From assembly GCA_043228905.1 (NCBI GenBank), contig JBHGNT010000001.1:10168001-10232000 (forward strand): DNA of 64,000 nt. Reading direction: 5' to 3'. Below, piece by piece: positions 44,015-56,732 of this stretch (positions are counted from its first letter, which is position 1; every line of letters begins with the position of its first letter). Below the pieces are notes generated by a model, which worked only from the letters and a program-made list of their open reading frames with translations, made no database searches and was not told the origin of the DNA. Origin of the DNA: Azolla caroliniana (Eukaryota; Plantae; Polypodiophyta). The position numbers and the translations under genes were made by a program.

Positions 44015-45350
44015 GTGTGGGCGTGTGAATTGATAACTTGTACATAATTATGTGTAGGGCGGATGATGTGCATATACTAGGTGTGACATATTTATTAGGA
44101 AATCAATGCGTATCTCTGTCCGAAGGGATAGAGAATAAAGTAAGGTGACTGTGACTGAAGGAGACGGGTCTCTCCCCAATGACCGATAGAAGAAAGAAGA
44201 GAAGGAAGAACAGGGGATCAGGCGTTAGCGAGGACGAAGTGTTGCCGGGCCGTGTACCGAGCTCACTCTCTCCTCCTTCGGTTGTCGTTCTCTGCGGGGT
44301 TTGGAGATCGTCGCCTCTGTTTCGTGGATAGCCCGTGCGCTTCCAGCAGAGGCTCTCCCTTCGCGTTTCTGTGTTTGGCGTGTGACATCTGGGTGTGTGC
44401 GTGGAACCCCGAGCTGGGTCTGTCGCCGGCTTGCCGATTGTAATCGTTTGGCATTATAATCAAATCTTCTGTTTGTCTCTCTCTCTTTCTCTGTGTTTCA
44501 GCAGTCACTCTTTTTCTCTCTCTCACGTTCCTTGGTTTAGGGCCCCCGCGGTCCCGTCTCGTTTCACACGTTGTCGCGTTGTTACGCGCGTGTGTGGCGA
44601 AGGGCGGGACCACGGGGGTCTTGGACTAAGGAGTAGAGGAGAAGGAATCAGACACAGAATGGAAGCTTTTCTCAAGAAGAGGAAGAATGAACAAGAGACT
44701 AGATCGAACAAGAGGAAGATGGAGACAAGATGAACAACAAGATGTATTAAAACGAAATGAACGATTACAAAACGGTGGCCGCGTAGGACGCACCAAACGA
44801 CTACTCGAAACCCTAACCGACGAAGATGAGAAAAGACAAAGAAACCCTAACCCTAACGCTTGACCTATGTGGTATACCTCGCACACTCAAAATAGGCAAC
44901 CCCCACAATGGTGCCTTCCCTCTCCTTTTATAGCACAAGGAGGGAAGACCGTTTACAAAAACGAGACTAAAATATCCCCTTTCATTCAAAGGGGATATTT
45001 GCCTTGATTTGGGGAGGGTGAGATTGATGGCCCCTTAACTCCCACCTCCTCACAAACAACTAGGTACCTATGTACCGCATAGTACCTCTCTCACTCTCTC
45101 GTGTGGATGTGCGCACAAGACCACATCGCCTTTATACCTTAGGGATCTTATGGGCATTTCTAGCACCATACCCTTTTCCCCTATTATTATTACAAATACA
45201 TTATGTACGTGTGCAACGTTGCACATCGCTCTTTGGCTCTCGTTGCTCGGGTTTCCGCTTGTGGACGAAAATCTTCACGACAACGTGAAAGCGTTGTAAC
45301 ACGACAACGTTCCGCTCATTAACATGTGCCCGAGCCTTCTTAGAAATTGC
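44015..45350. mobile_element. Unclassified ~1.3 kb insertion (LTR-like) splitting MTase exon 5
   Basis: The MTase reading stops after EHMCMGYS (~45352) and resumes at MEGPVR (44014). The insert has a minus-strand TATAAAAGGAGAG (~44920-44932), AAACCCTAA boxes and CT-rich tracts. Ends and TSD were not resolved. Confidence 0.55.
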
Positions 45351-46988
45351 GTCGGAGTAGCCCATGCACATGTGCTCCACATCGCTCACTATTTGATCAC
45401 CCGGGGTACGAGTTATGTTCATTTTAACCCTATTGTATAATTGAATCGAAACAAGTTAATAAATATGTAGTATGCAACATAGAATCCATACATTAAATAT
45501 ATAGTAACATAATGCTTACCAATGCATATGTTTGGTGGCATGGCATCTTGACTTCAATGCAGTCGTGACCGATAACGCCTTACCCATACTGTGAAATATA
45601 ACAATATGCCATAATGGTGCCAAGATCAGCTCCGCAAAGTCCATAACCATCTTCTCTATTTGCGGATATTTGTATGGCACATCGTCGTATGTCGAGCCTG
45701 ATATTCTGAAGCCATACGGTATATCCGCCACGAGCAATGTATAATGTCTCTTGGGTAATATGTCAAGCATATTACCCACATCACCATTATATACACTATA
45801 ATACAATTGTCGGAAATGATCACTCTTGTGCAAAAAGCTTTTTATGGTATTTGAGTCCTTAGGCACCTCGAGCTCCTTTCCTTTTGTCATCTATTTCTCG
45901 TATTTAGCTCCTCCCAAATGGGTGATGAAGGCGCTAGGTATGCCTTCATTGTTGTCATTATTCTTCTTTGAATGAGGTGGTTTCTGTAATTATAAATTTT
46001 GTAAGAAGAAACTCATTATCCAAAAATCAATTAATATTTGTAGAACATACATACCCATTCTCTAAACACGATAAAGAATTCTTCAAGAGCCTTGTAAGAT
46101 GATGTTTTTGGGCAAGATTGCTCCACTTCTTCCCACCTAGGCAGGGACAATTTTTTCATCATCAGCTCTTGAATCTTCATATATGAAAGGGTGATGATAG
46201 AAAGAAAAGATATAAATCTAAAACTACAAAGATCTATTGATCATGAATGATCATGATAGAAGGAAGAGAGAAAGAAGATACATAAATCCAAGTCTACAAA
46301 GACATATGGATAACAACACAACCACACTACATGAATAGGCAAGAAAAACACCACAAGAAGTAGACTCCTCCTTCCACCACCTTACTCTTCTTGCTTTATA
46401 TAAAGTTCTCTTCCATTAGATACGTTTCCCTTGCTTTCTTTTTTATGCCTTTTTTAGAGTTTTTCATCGAGTCCTATTCTTATCTATGACACAACAATCT
46501 TCAAATAGTCATATCTCCCTCGTCCAAGATCCAAATTTAGAGATTTAAAAAGCTATGGATAACTCTCTTCCAAGATTTCTAACCCATATTTGCACATTAT
46601 ATTTGGCTTCCAAACGGATAAGTTATGGGCGTTCGTTGTAGATTGTATTTTGGTGGCCCGTTTTTTTCTTCTTTGACTTTTCTCCATCTTTCTTGCTTTT
46701 AGTTTGACTTATCCTTGAGACCTTGATTCGTGTTCTTGCCCTTCGGATGTGAACGCACCATACCTTATATTTTTGTAGTGTTCAATACCTTGAATTCTAA
46801 AAACACTTTCACATTTAGCCCTCCCCCTTGCTTTTTGGTGAACCATTTATGGTGAACCCTAAGCTACTAATAAAACCAAAAATTCTCCTTTGCCTTATTC
46901 ATGGCTATAGACAAAGAAGGAGAGAATAAATAAAACAAATTATGTGAGTAAAACCCCCGCTAGTTGGTATGAAAAACCTCACACTTCT

Positions 46989-47096
<108 letters not shown>

Positions 47097-47170
47097 AATT
47101 GCCATCACCATCTTTCTCCTTGTCAACACAAAGAAAGAGGTTACCACAATTACTATGTCTTTGTCAACTC

Positions 47171-48910
47171 TCAAAACACGAGTAGGATCATGCGATACAT
47201 AGCTCTTGAGAGAAGTAAGCATGTCAACATATGAATAAACCTTTCGAGCGAGCGAACCTTTTGCACAAACACCTTCAAAGCTTTGAGACTTGTCAGAGTT
47301 GTCACCTTTTGAATTACTTTGATCTTTGATTCCATGTGAATTCCTTCTTGGCACATGACATTCTCCACACTACCTTGTTTTGTATGTTTGACCATTTCAT
47401 CTATAATCTCATCTTGAAAAGGAAGCAAAAATAGATCTCGTTTGGTTGAAACAATCAAGGGTTGGAAGTTAATGTCTTTCTCCTTTGGAACCACAACAAT
47501 AGGTGATATACACTTCAAATCCTCCATATGATAAATGAAACTCTCTTGTAACAATGCTTTATGATCTTTCTTTTGCACAACCTTAGATTCTTGAAGATTT
47601 TGGGCAATTGGTACCTTCAACTTGATAAGGTCTTTGAAGCAATCTTCTCCTTTTATATGTGAATAGACATTTATGAGTAATTTTGGAAACTCAAAAAGAA
47701 AAGAACTAAACCTTAGATGCTCTTCTCCTTGGATATAGCTTGAAATCATCTTCTCCAAGGTGATAATGCTTTTCTCTTCAATGACTTCTTCTTCCTCCTT
47801 AGACACCATGTGGAATGATTTGTTTTCCCTATCCCACGAAGATTCATCAATTGTTATGCTTTCCTCTTCTTGATTGCCATTGTCGATAGATGATTCCTTC
47901 TCCTTTATACATTTGATTAGTTGTGGTGGATCCTTTGATGGTGATAAGTTCATGATACTCCAATCATGCATTGCAAGTAATTCTCTTTGCTCTTGATCAA
48001 ATTGTTGTTGAAGAGTTGATGCCCACATAATTTTGTTGCCACTCAATGCAAATCCAAAACAAAAATCTTGCACGAACACCTTCATACACTGCAACTTGGC
48101 ATTTACCAATGCTTCCTTACATGCATTGATCTCCAAAAGCCAATCTCCAGCTATCACTTCCAGGTTACCTTCTTCATCTTGCAACTCCCTTGTGGGTACT
48201 TCACCATCAACAACTTTTTCCATCATATCTTCCATTTCATCTTGCACATATTCATCATCAACCACCATATCGATTGTTGTATCAACAATGTCCTCAACAT
48301 GATGTACATTGGCATCACCATCAATAGCATCGCTTCTCATAACAATCTCCTTGGATTCGTCTTTCACATCATCATTCTTTATATCATGGTTGTCCTCATC
48401 AACTATATGGGGGAACTCCACATTCATCACCTCTTCTTCTTTGTCTCTGGAATCACCTTCATAGACATCATTATAACTCCGAAAATTAGAAATTTAATGA
48501 TATAAGGGAACCTGTTGAATCGGACATTGCAAGTATGCTGGTTGTTGGCTCATGACCGATCCACAATTATTATAGCTTGGATTTATGGTATATGACATCG
48601 ATACTCCATATGCTTCACCGAATAACAGCTTCGTCAATTGTTGATCATAACTTTCATATACTTGAAGCAAATCATGGAAAGACCTTGGGTACTTCATATG
48701 CACTTCATATTGAAAATATGGATCTAGCCCTGCTTTGAATCTTTGCATCTTGAAGTATACATCTTCAACGCCTCCAACAAGTCGAATCCAAGTGAACCAT
48801 ATATCCAAAAATGTCTTCTCATACTCGAGGTAGCACATTGATGAAACCATGCGAAATTGGAAAAGTTCTCTTCGTGGATCTGTCGCATCGCGAACTCCAT
48901 ATCTTGCCAT
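47171..48910 (-). pseudogene. Gag-like + acidic region + RT remnants, one frame with a single internal stop
   Basis: ORFs 48910-48494 and 48430-47171 are in the same frame with an open linker (TAA, likely from CAA). Gag-like RFKAGL; RT pieces SPIVVVPK, KRDLFLLPFQDEIID and KIKVIQK...RFI. No YxDD core and no integrase. Confidence 0.7.
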
Positions 48911-51040
48911 TAGTTTGATGATGAATCGGTAGATCCAACCATCAATGAGTGGACAACCGTTCCTCCCGTTATACGGAAAGGATCGACCCTCCCTGGAGCG
49001 CCAAAAATGAAAGGGTGATGATAGAAAGAAAAGATATAAATCTAAAACTACAAAGATCTATTGATCATGAATGATCATGATAGAAGGAAGAGAGAAAGAA
49101 GATACATAAATCCAAGTCTACAAAGACATATGGATAACAACACAACCACACTACATGAATAAGCAAGAAAAACACCACAAGAAGTAGACTCCTCCTTCCA
49201 CCACCTTACTCTTCTTGCTTTATATAAAGTTCTCTTCCACTAGATACGTTTCCCTTGCTTTCTTTTTTATGCCTTTTTTAGAGTTTTTCATCGAGTCCTA
49301 TTCTTATCTATGACACAACAATCTTCAAATAGTCATATCTCCCTCGTCCAAGATCCAAATTTAGAGATTTAAAAAGCTATGGATAACTCTCTTCACAAGA
49401 TTTCTAACCCATATTTGCACATTATATTTGGCTTCCAAACGAATAAGTTATGGCCGTTCGTTGTAGATTGTATTTTGGTGGCCCGTGTTTTTCTTCTTTG
49501 ACTTTTCTCCATCTTTCTTGCTTTTAGTTTGACTTATCCTTGAGACCTTGATTCGTGTTCTTGCCCTTCGGATGTGAACGCACCATACCTTATATTTTTG
49601 TAGTGTTCAATACCTTGAATTCTAAAAACACTTTCACAATATACACCTTATGGTTGAAAAACAAAAGAAACTAAATTTAGAATAGAGAACAAATCAACAA
49701 AGCAATCAAATCAAAATGATACATGCACATAGATGACTCACTTTTGAAACTCTGTGACCATTTCTTCAAGGCTAAACTCCTTGGCTGCCACTCTTGATAA
49801 TACAGATATCAATAATTTGCCATCCTTAATTCCTTCCAGTGACCGCCAAGTAAGTAGCTTCATATCTTCGGCTAACTCTTCAATTACTAAATCACTTTTA
49901 CGTGACTTAGATTTCATCTCCACTTGTTGGTCAAGCTTAGCCTTCTCTGATTTCGACCCTTTATTTCTTTATGCTCCCACATACTAAAAATGCGATCTTG
50001 GAGGTCCCACACCTCCCCTATTCTAAAGGCAAGTTGAAACCATGAGTCATATTTTCTCAAGCCTTTAGACTTGGTGCTTTTGTCAACTGCTATCCCCACT
50101 TCAAGCAGACATTTTCATCAAAATCCAGGATGCAACCGAGGAGTCCAACCAAATTTTTGCAGCGCATCAAGGTACTCGTGATGGAAGAACCTGATGCGCT
50201 TGATACATGACATCTTTTGTCTATAATCATTATCATTGTTATGATCCCAAGCTAACAACTTGGCTTCTTCATGTGTAAGGCCTGCATACACTTTACATTC
50301 TGCATACTTCAAGAAAGGGGTAAGAGGATACTCCTTGACTAGTTGACGTCGGGCTTTAGTAGAGTGGGATCCTCCAATCACATAGTATGTGTAGTCATCC
50401 ACTGAACTGTACTTGAAGTCAGCAACAATAGGGCATTGATCTGGGTCGACCATTACTAAGGATGGCACTACAGTCGCATGTGGATTAATCTTCATTTTGC
50501 TTTTTAAGTTCTGCACATGCACTGAATGTGGCTCTCTAATTTCTAGAGCCCGTCTTCTTGTCTCCGGATCGATGGGTGGTAGGAGTCAGTTATGAAATTA
50601 CGTTCATTGATCTTGACTCTGCGAAACCCCACCAAGCTATCAACATCGAAGAAAGAGGTTCGATGAGTCATTGTCTTCATATTCAATGTTCCATACGTAG
50701 CCGTAGGTGAATGTCTTTCCCACCTACAACTTGCCTTCACCTTCAAACATTGCAAGAATAAGGAGGTCCCCTTCTTCCTCGCTGTAGATCAATGTCCACT
50801 CCACATGGGGGTCGCTCTTCAGGTGAGGCTCCCCACTCTTTTCACCTAAAGTCTTCGGCATGTTACCGACAAAAGACTTTGGAGTGTCTTCACCTCCTGA
50901 CTCGATAAAAGTTTTGCGAGAATCAGATTTCATCATGGTGTCAGAAGGTGTTTTTGTTGGTGATGGAATTTTTAGTTTGAAGGACGACACGTTCTGTCGT
51001 GGCTCACTGAAAACAACAAGTCATGACACAAGGATATAAC

Positions 51041-54000
51041 TGTTGGGATTTACGGTCCCTCCGGATGGGATGTCCGGATACCAATGACGGCAAGCCCGGT
51101 TGCGGTTACGGAACCGGAGGATGAAGGGTACCCGGCATGAAGCCGGATGAAGACCCGGCTACGGAGCCGGATGACGAAGACCCGGCTACGGAGCCGGATG
51201 ATGAATGTACCCGGAGAGAGATCCGGATGCGGGGACATATTTGTGAATATGTTTGCCAAGGGCCCTTGAGGCTATATTTGTAAATAGCCCGAAAGTCATA
51301 TGTGTATAAATATGACTTAGGGCAAACTGTTTAGGTGTTGCTGCTCATTTTCTGTTTTCCACGAAGAGGGAGCGAAGTGAGAGCAGCCGAGAGAGTGAGA
51401 GAGAAGGAGGAAGGAAGAGGTCGACGCCTCTGTGTAATACCGCCGCCTGTGGCGAGGACAGCGAGCTCAAGGTCGTCGCCTTGCAGCTCGCCATTGTACA
51501 TTCCCACGTATAGTGATAGTTGGAGTCTTGCACTCCCGTGGTTTTTCCCATTTAGGGTTTTCCACGTAAAACTTCCAGTGTGTACTCTTCTCTATTGTTT
51601 TTCGTGCACTGTTGTATTTCCCGTTTTCTGTGAATCGATCCTGTTCCTCGGTTGTGGCCGAGCGCGGAATTTCTACAAACTGGTATCAGAGCACGGTAAC
51701 ACAGAAAATGGAAGGCGGCGGTAGTGGGCCTCCGGGCATGATGGTGTTGAACTCACAGAACTACGCCGACTGGAAGATAAAGATGGAAGACCTTCTCATC
51801 GTCCGAGACCTGTACGAACCGATCGACAATGCCGAGATACCCAAGGGGGTAATAGAGTCGGAGTGGAAGCTCCTGAACCGGAAAGCCGTAGCGACGATCC
51901 GGCAATATGTCGATGTAAGCGTTCTACAACATGTGGCGAACGACACCAACGCATATGAGATGTGGAGGAAGCTGTCGGGCCTCTACGAGAGGAAGAATGC
52001 ATTGAACCGGACCTCCCTGATGAGAAAGATGGTGAACCTCAAGTACCGGGACGGCGAGAGTATGGTGGAACACGTAAGCACGTTCATGGGATTCGTGAAC
52101 CAGCTTGCGGCGATCAAGTTCCCGTTGGAGGATGCAATGCAAGCCATCATCCTGATGTGTACATTGCCGGATAGCTGGGAGAACTTGGTGGTGACTCTCA
52201 GCACCTCCTGCACCGAAGATAACTTGTCTCTACAAACGGTAAAGACAAGCATTTTGAACGAAGAAGCGCGTCGGAGAGATAAAGAACCGGCCTCCGACTC
52301 GAAGGCGCTGCTTACCGAATCGGAACGGGGAAGACAATGGAACCGGAGTCCGCAAAGACGGGAGAAGTCGGGGACCCGGTCGCAGTCAAGAGGAAGGCCC
52401 ACGTGCTTCCACTGTGGGAAGCCGGGGCACTTCCGGAAGAATTGTCGGCATTACCGAAAGGACAACGGAGCCGACGACACCGATTCGAAGAAATCACCGG
52501 AGAGAAACGGTGCATACCGGGGAGCCACGGACCGGAGAGGTCCGGATCGGCGAGGGCAGGACCGGAAAGGAACGACGGCACTCGCGGCAAGTGAAGAAGA
52601 AATAATGCTCATTACCGAAGAGAGGGAGCTGAACCTTGCCGGTGAAGAGATGACCTGGGTGGTCGATTCCGGAGCGTCGTTCCACCTGACCCTGGAGAAG
52701 AAATACTTCTCATCCTACACAGCCGGTGAGCATGGCTGTGTCCGGATGGGAAATGAAGGTACGTGCCAGATTGCCGGCATAGGAGACGTGTGGCTGATGA
52801 CATCAACCGGATGCAAGATGCTGCTGAAAGATGTGCGACACGTTCCGGAGGTCCGATTGAACCTGATCTCGGCCGGGAGGCTAGATGATGAAGGCTACAC
52901 GGGTAGCATCCGTAACGGTGTCATGAAGTTCAGCAAAGGGAGCCTGATAGTGGCTCGGGCCCGGAAAGACAACACACTGTACCTGATGAATGCCCGGTCG
53001 TGTCCGGAGGAGCTGAACGTGGCAGCCGATACTGCCGGTGAGCTGTGGCACAAGAGACTGTGTCACATGAGTGAGAAGGGGATGAAGAGGCTTGCAGAAG
53101 ACAACCTTATTCCAGTGAAGCATGTGCACCTGGAGAAGTGCACCGATTGCCTGGCCGGTAAGCAGAACCGAACCTCCTTCCACTCAAGGCCACCGACGAG
53201 ACGTAGCGCACCATTGGAGTTGGTGCACACGGATGTGTGTCAGGTAGAAACGAAGTCACACGGCGGAGCCCAGTACTTCGTGACTTTCATTGATGATCAC
53301 AGCCGGAAGCTGTGGACGGCGCCGTTGAAGACAAAGGACCAAGTGTTGTCCGTCTTCAAAGAACTCCACGCGAGAGTGGAAAGGGAATCCGGCAGGAAGC
53401 TGAAAGCGATACGAGCGGATAACAGAGGGGAATACCGGGGGCAGTTCCAGGAGTACTGTCGCTCGAAGGGAATCCGGCTCGAGTTTACTGTGCCGAAGAC
53501 GCCGGAACTGAACGGGCTGGCCGAGAGGATGAACCGGACCATAATGGAGAGGGTCCGGAGTATGCTGGCGCATGCGAAATTACCCAAGGGGTTTTGGGCT
53601 GAGGCAATGTCGACGGCGACATATGTGATAAACCGATCACCCTCAGTACCTTTGGACGGAGACACGCCGCAGAGAGTGTGGACCGGTAGGGAAATATCTT
53701 ACCGGCATCTGAAGGTGTTCGGGTGTCTCGCATACGTGCATGTGGCAAAGGACCGGAGAGGAAAGCTAGATCCAAAGACCCGGCCATGCATATTCCTCGG
53801 TTACGGTGACGACGAGTTCGGCTACCGAGTATGGGACCCGGTCGACAAGAAGATATTCAGGAGTCGAGATATCGTCTTTATAGAGGACAAGACACTCGCC
53901 GACTGGGAGTCGGAGAAGAAGATGAAGAGCTCCAAGTCGACCGGTGAGGATAAACTCTACGAGGAGCAGTCCCGACCGGCAAAGGACCGGTTAGCACTCG

Positions 54001-56428
54001 AGGACCCGGCCGAAGACGGTGAAGAAACAGAACCGGCCGAAGAAGATGAAAATGATACCGGAACCGGCCCCGATCCCGAAATGGATTCGGATGCAGAAGA
54101 ATCGGAAGAACCGGTTACCGAAGCTCCGGAACGGAGATATCCTCTAAGAGAGAGAAGGGCCCCCCGGAGATTTCCGGAACCAGAGCACGTGCTGCTAACC
54201 GACGAGGGGGAGCCGGAGAGCTTTGAAGAAGCAAAGCATGACACCCAGAGCCGCAGGTGGTTGAGTGCCATGCAGGACGAGATGGATTCCCTGCATGAGA
54301 ACCACACATATGAACTTGTGGAGTTGCCGAAAGGAAAGCGGGCACTTCGAAACAAGTGGGTGTTCAAGCTGAAACCGGGAGATGCCGGAAATTCCCCGAG
54401 ATACAAAGCCAGGATCGTGGTAAAGGGGTTTCAGCAGAAGAAGGGCGTCGACTTCGACGAGATATTCGCCCCGGTAGTGAAGATGACCTCCATCCGGACG
54501 GTGCTGAGCATAGCGGCAAGCATGGACCTCGAGGTAGAACAGATGGACGTGAAGACGGCATTCCTTCACGGCGACCTCGATGAAGAGATCTACATGCAGC
54601 AACCGGAAGGATTCGAGAAGAAAGGGAAGGAGCACCTGGTATGCCGGTTGAAGAAGAGCCTTTACGGACTGAAGCAGGCTCCCCGGCAATGGTACCGGAA
54701 GTTCGACTCCTTCATGACCGACGAAGGGTACCTCAAAACGCAGTCCGACCACTGCGTGTTTGTGAAGAAGTTCGAAGGAGGAGACTCTCTAATACTCCTC
54801 CTGTACGTGGACGACATGTTGATCGTCGGACAGGACCAGGTCAAGATACGGATGCTGAAGAAGGCTCTTCACCGAACCTTCTCAATGAAGGACCTGGGTC
54901 CGGCGAGGCAAATACTAGGGATGCACATCATCCGGGACCGGAAGAAGAAGCAGTTGTGGCTGTCACAGGAGAAGTACGTGACAAAGGTGCTTCAACGGTT
55001 CAACATGTCGGAAGCAAGACCGGTCGGATCGACCCTCCCGGCAAACTGCAAGCTGACCAGCAAGCAAAGTCCCAAGACAAAGGCTGAAAAGGAGGATATG
55101 ATGGAAGTGCCGTATGCCTCAGCCGTCGGGAGCTTGATGTACGCCATGGTGTGTACGAGACCGGACATAGGATATGCAGTCGGAGTGGTGAGCCGGTACA
55201 TGAGCAATCCTGGCAGAGAGCATTGGAACGCGGCCAAGTGGATACTCCGATACCTGAAGGGCACGGCAAATGTGTGCCTCCGATTCGGCTCCGGTAAGCC
55301 CGAACTCGACGGCTTTACTGATTCTGATATGTCGGCTGATGCAGATACCAGCCGGTCCACATCAGGGTATGTGATGACGTATGCAGGGGGAGCTGTTTCG
55401 TGGCAGTCGAGGCTGCAGAAGACGGTTGCGTTGTCAACCACGGAGGCGGAGTACATGGCGGCTGTTGAAGCCGGCAAGGAAATAATATGGATGAAGGACT
55501 TCATTAGAGAGCTCGGTATCCGGCAAGAGGAGTACCGACTCTACTGCGACAGTCAGAGTGCCATCCACCTTGCAAAGAACGCGGCCTATCACTCCCGGAC
55601 GAAGCACATCCAGCGAAGATATCACTGGATCCGGGAAAGGATAGAAGACAAGGAGTTCGTGCTGACGAAGATCCACACGGACGAGAACGGGTCGGATATG
55701 CTGACCAAGGTACTTACACCCGACAAGCTGGAAGCATGCCGGAAGAGGATCGGATTGGAGAGACATCCCATGCCGAAGTGAAGGGGGAGTTTGTTGGGAT
55801 TTACGGTCCCTCCGGATGGGATGTCCGGATACCAATGACGGCAAGCCCGGTTGCGGTTACGGAACCGGAGGATGAAGGGTACCCGGCATGAAGCCGGATG
55901 AAGACCCGGCTACGGAGCCGGATGACGAAGACCCGGCTACGGAGCCGGATGATGAATGTACCCGGAGAGAGATCCGGATGCGGGGACATATTTGTGAATA
56001 TGTTTGCCAAGGGCCCTTGAGGCTATATTTGTAAATAGCCCGAAAGTCATATGTGTATAAATATGACTTAGGGCAAACTGTTTAGGTGTTGCTGCTCATT
56101 TTCTGTTTTCCACGAAGAGGGAGCGAAGTGAGAGCAGCCGAGAGAGTGAGAGAGAAGGAGGAAGGAAGAGGTCGACGCCTCTGTGTAATACCGCCGCCTG
56201 TGGCGAGGACAGCGAGCTCAAGGTCGTCGCCTTGCAGCTCGCCATTGTACATTCCCACGTATAGTGATAGTTGGAGTCTTGCACTCCCGTGGTTTTTCCC
56301 ATTTAGGGTTTTCCACGTAAAACTTCCAGTGTGTACTCTTCTCTATTGTTTTTCGTGCACTGTTGTATTTCCCGTTTTCTGTGAATCGATCCTGTTCCTC
56401 GGTTGTGGCCGAGCGCGGAATTTCTACA
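51041..56428 (+). mobile_element. Intact Ty1/Copia LTR retrotransposon
   Basis: 637 bp LTRs at 51041-51677 and 55792-56428, with no difference found by eye. TSD ATAAC at 51036-51040 and 56429-56433. PBS TGGTATCAGAGC at 51681-51692 (tRNA-iMet). PPT gaagggggag at 55780-55789. Confidence 0.98.
51708..55781 (+). CDS. Copia Gag-Pol polyprotein (1357 aa from ATG 51708)
   Basis: Zn knuckle CFHCGKPGHFRKNC; protease WVVDSGAS; HHCC LWHKRLCH..C..C; integrase HTD..ADN.GE..NGLAER; RT MDVKTAFL, LYGLKQAP, YVDDML; RNase H FTDSD..STTEAEY..DSQSA. No internal stops. Confidence 0.97.
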   Translation: MEGGGSGPPGMMVLNSQNYADWKIKMEDLLIVRDLYEPIDNAEIPKGVIESEWKLLNRKAVATIRQYVDVSVLQHVANDTNAYEMWRKLSGLYERKNALNRTSLMRKMVNLKYRDGESMVEHVSTFMGFVNQLAAIKFPLEDAMQAIILMCTLPDSWENLVVTLSTSCTEDNLSLQTVKTSILNEEARRRDKEPASDSKALLTESERGRQWNRSPQRREKSGTRSQSRGRPTCFHCGKPGHFRKNCRHYRKDNGADDTDSKKSPERNGAYRGATDRRGPDRRGQDRKGTTALAASEEEIMLITEERELNLAGEEMTWVVDSGASFHLTLEKKYFSSYTAGEHGCVRMGNEGTCQIAGIGDVWLMTSTGCKMLLKDVRHVPEVRLNLISAGRLDDEGYTGSIRNGVMKFSKGSLIVARARKDNTLYLMNARSCPEELNVAADTAGELWHKRLCHMSEKGMKRLAEDNLIPVKHVHLEKCTDCLAGKQNRTSFHSRPPTRRSAPLELVHTDVCQVETKSHGGAQYFVTFIDDHSRKLWTAPLKTKDQVLSVFKELHARVERESGRKLKAIRADNRGEYRGQFQEYCRSKGIRLEFTVPKTPELNGLAERMNRTIMERVRSMLAHAKLPKGFWAEAMSTATYVINRSPSVPLDGDTPQRVWTGREISYRHLKVFGCLAYVHVAKDRRGKLDPKTRPCIFLGYGDDEFGYRVWDPVDKKIFRSRDIVFIEDKTLADWESEKKMKSSKSTGEDKLYEEQSRPAKDRLALEDPAEDGEETEPAEEDENDTGTGPDPEMDSDAEESEEPVTEAPERRYPLRERRAPRRFPEPEHVLLTDEGEPESFEEAKHDTQSRRWLSAMQDEMDSLHENHTYELVELPKGKRALRNKWVFKLKPGDAGNSPRYKARIVVKGFQQKKGVDFDEIFAPVVKMTSIRTVLSIAASMDLEVEQMDVKTAFLHGDLDEEIYMQQPEGFEKKGKEHLVCRLKKSLYGLKQAPRQWYRKFDSFMTDEGYLKTQSDHCVFVKKFEGGDSLILLLYVDDMLIVGQDQVKIRMLKKALHRTFSMKDLGPARQILGMHIIRDRKKKQLWLSQEKYVTKVLQRFNMSEARPVGSTLPANCKLTSKQSPKTKAEKEDMMEVPYASAVGSLMYAMVCTRPDIGYAVGVVSRYMSNPGREHWNAAKWILRYLKGTANVCLRFGSGKPELDGFTDSDMSADADTSRSTSGYVMTYAGGAVSWQSRLQKTVALSTTEAEYMAAVEAGKEIIWMKDFIRELGIRQEEYRLYCDSQSAIHLAKNAAYHSRTKHIQRRYHWIRERIEDKEFVLTKIHTDENGSDMLTKVLTPDKLEACRKRIGLERHPMPK

Positions 56429-56732
56429 ATAACAATAATGTTAATAATAAACAATATAGACCTCTTAACTAAGGTAAAAATTAGCGAAAATCATACATTT
56501 TTGTATAGAATGTTACATAAAAACTTGAAGAAATAGACCAAAAAGCAGCAAAAAAATTTGACCAAATTTGATCCATTGATCATGAAAAGCCCATTTTTCA
56601 ACGTGAAAGGGATACACCTCGATTATGGAAGCAAAAAATAAATAAAACAAAAAAGAATCTTTAAGGAAACTTTTTGGAATCTAAAATGTTGGGTTGGAAA
56701 ACATACCTGGCTATTTTCTTTCCCTTCTTCAT

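Noticed and set aside
51761-55844. Many overlapping alternative-frame and antisense ORFs in the Copia
   Set aside because: Expected shadows of a GC-rich long ORF, with no motifs.
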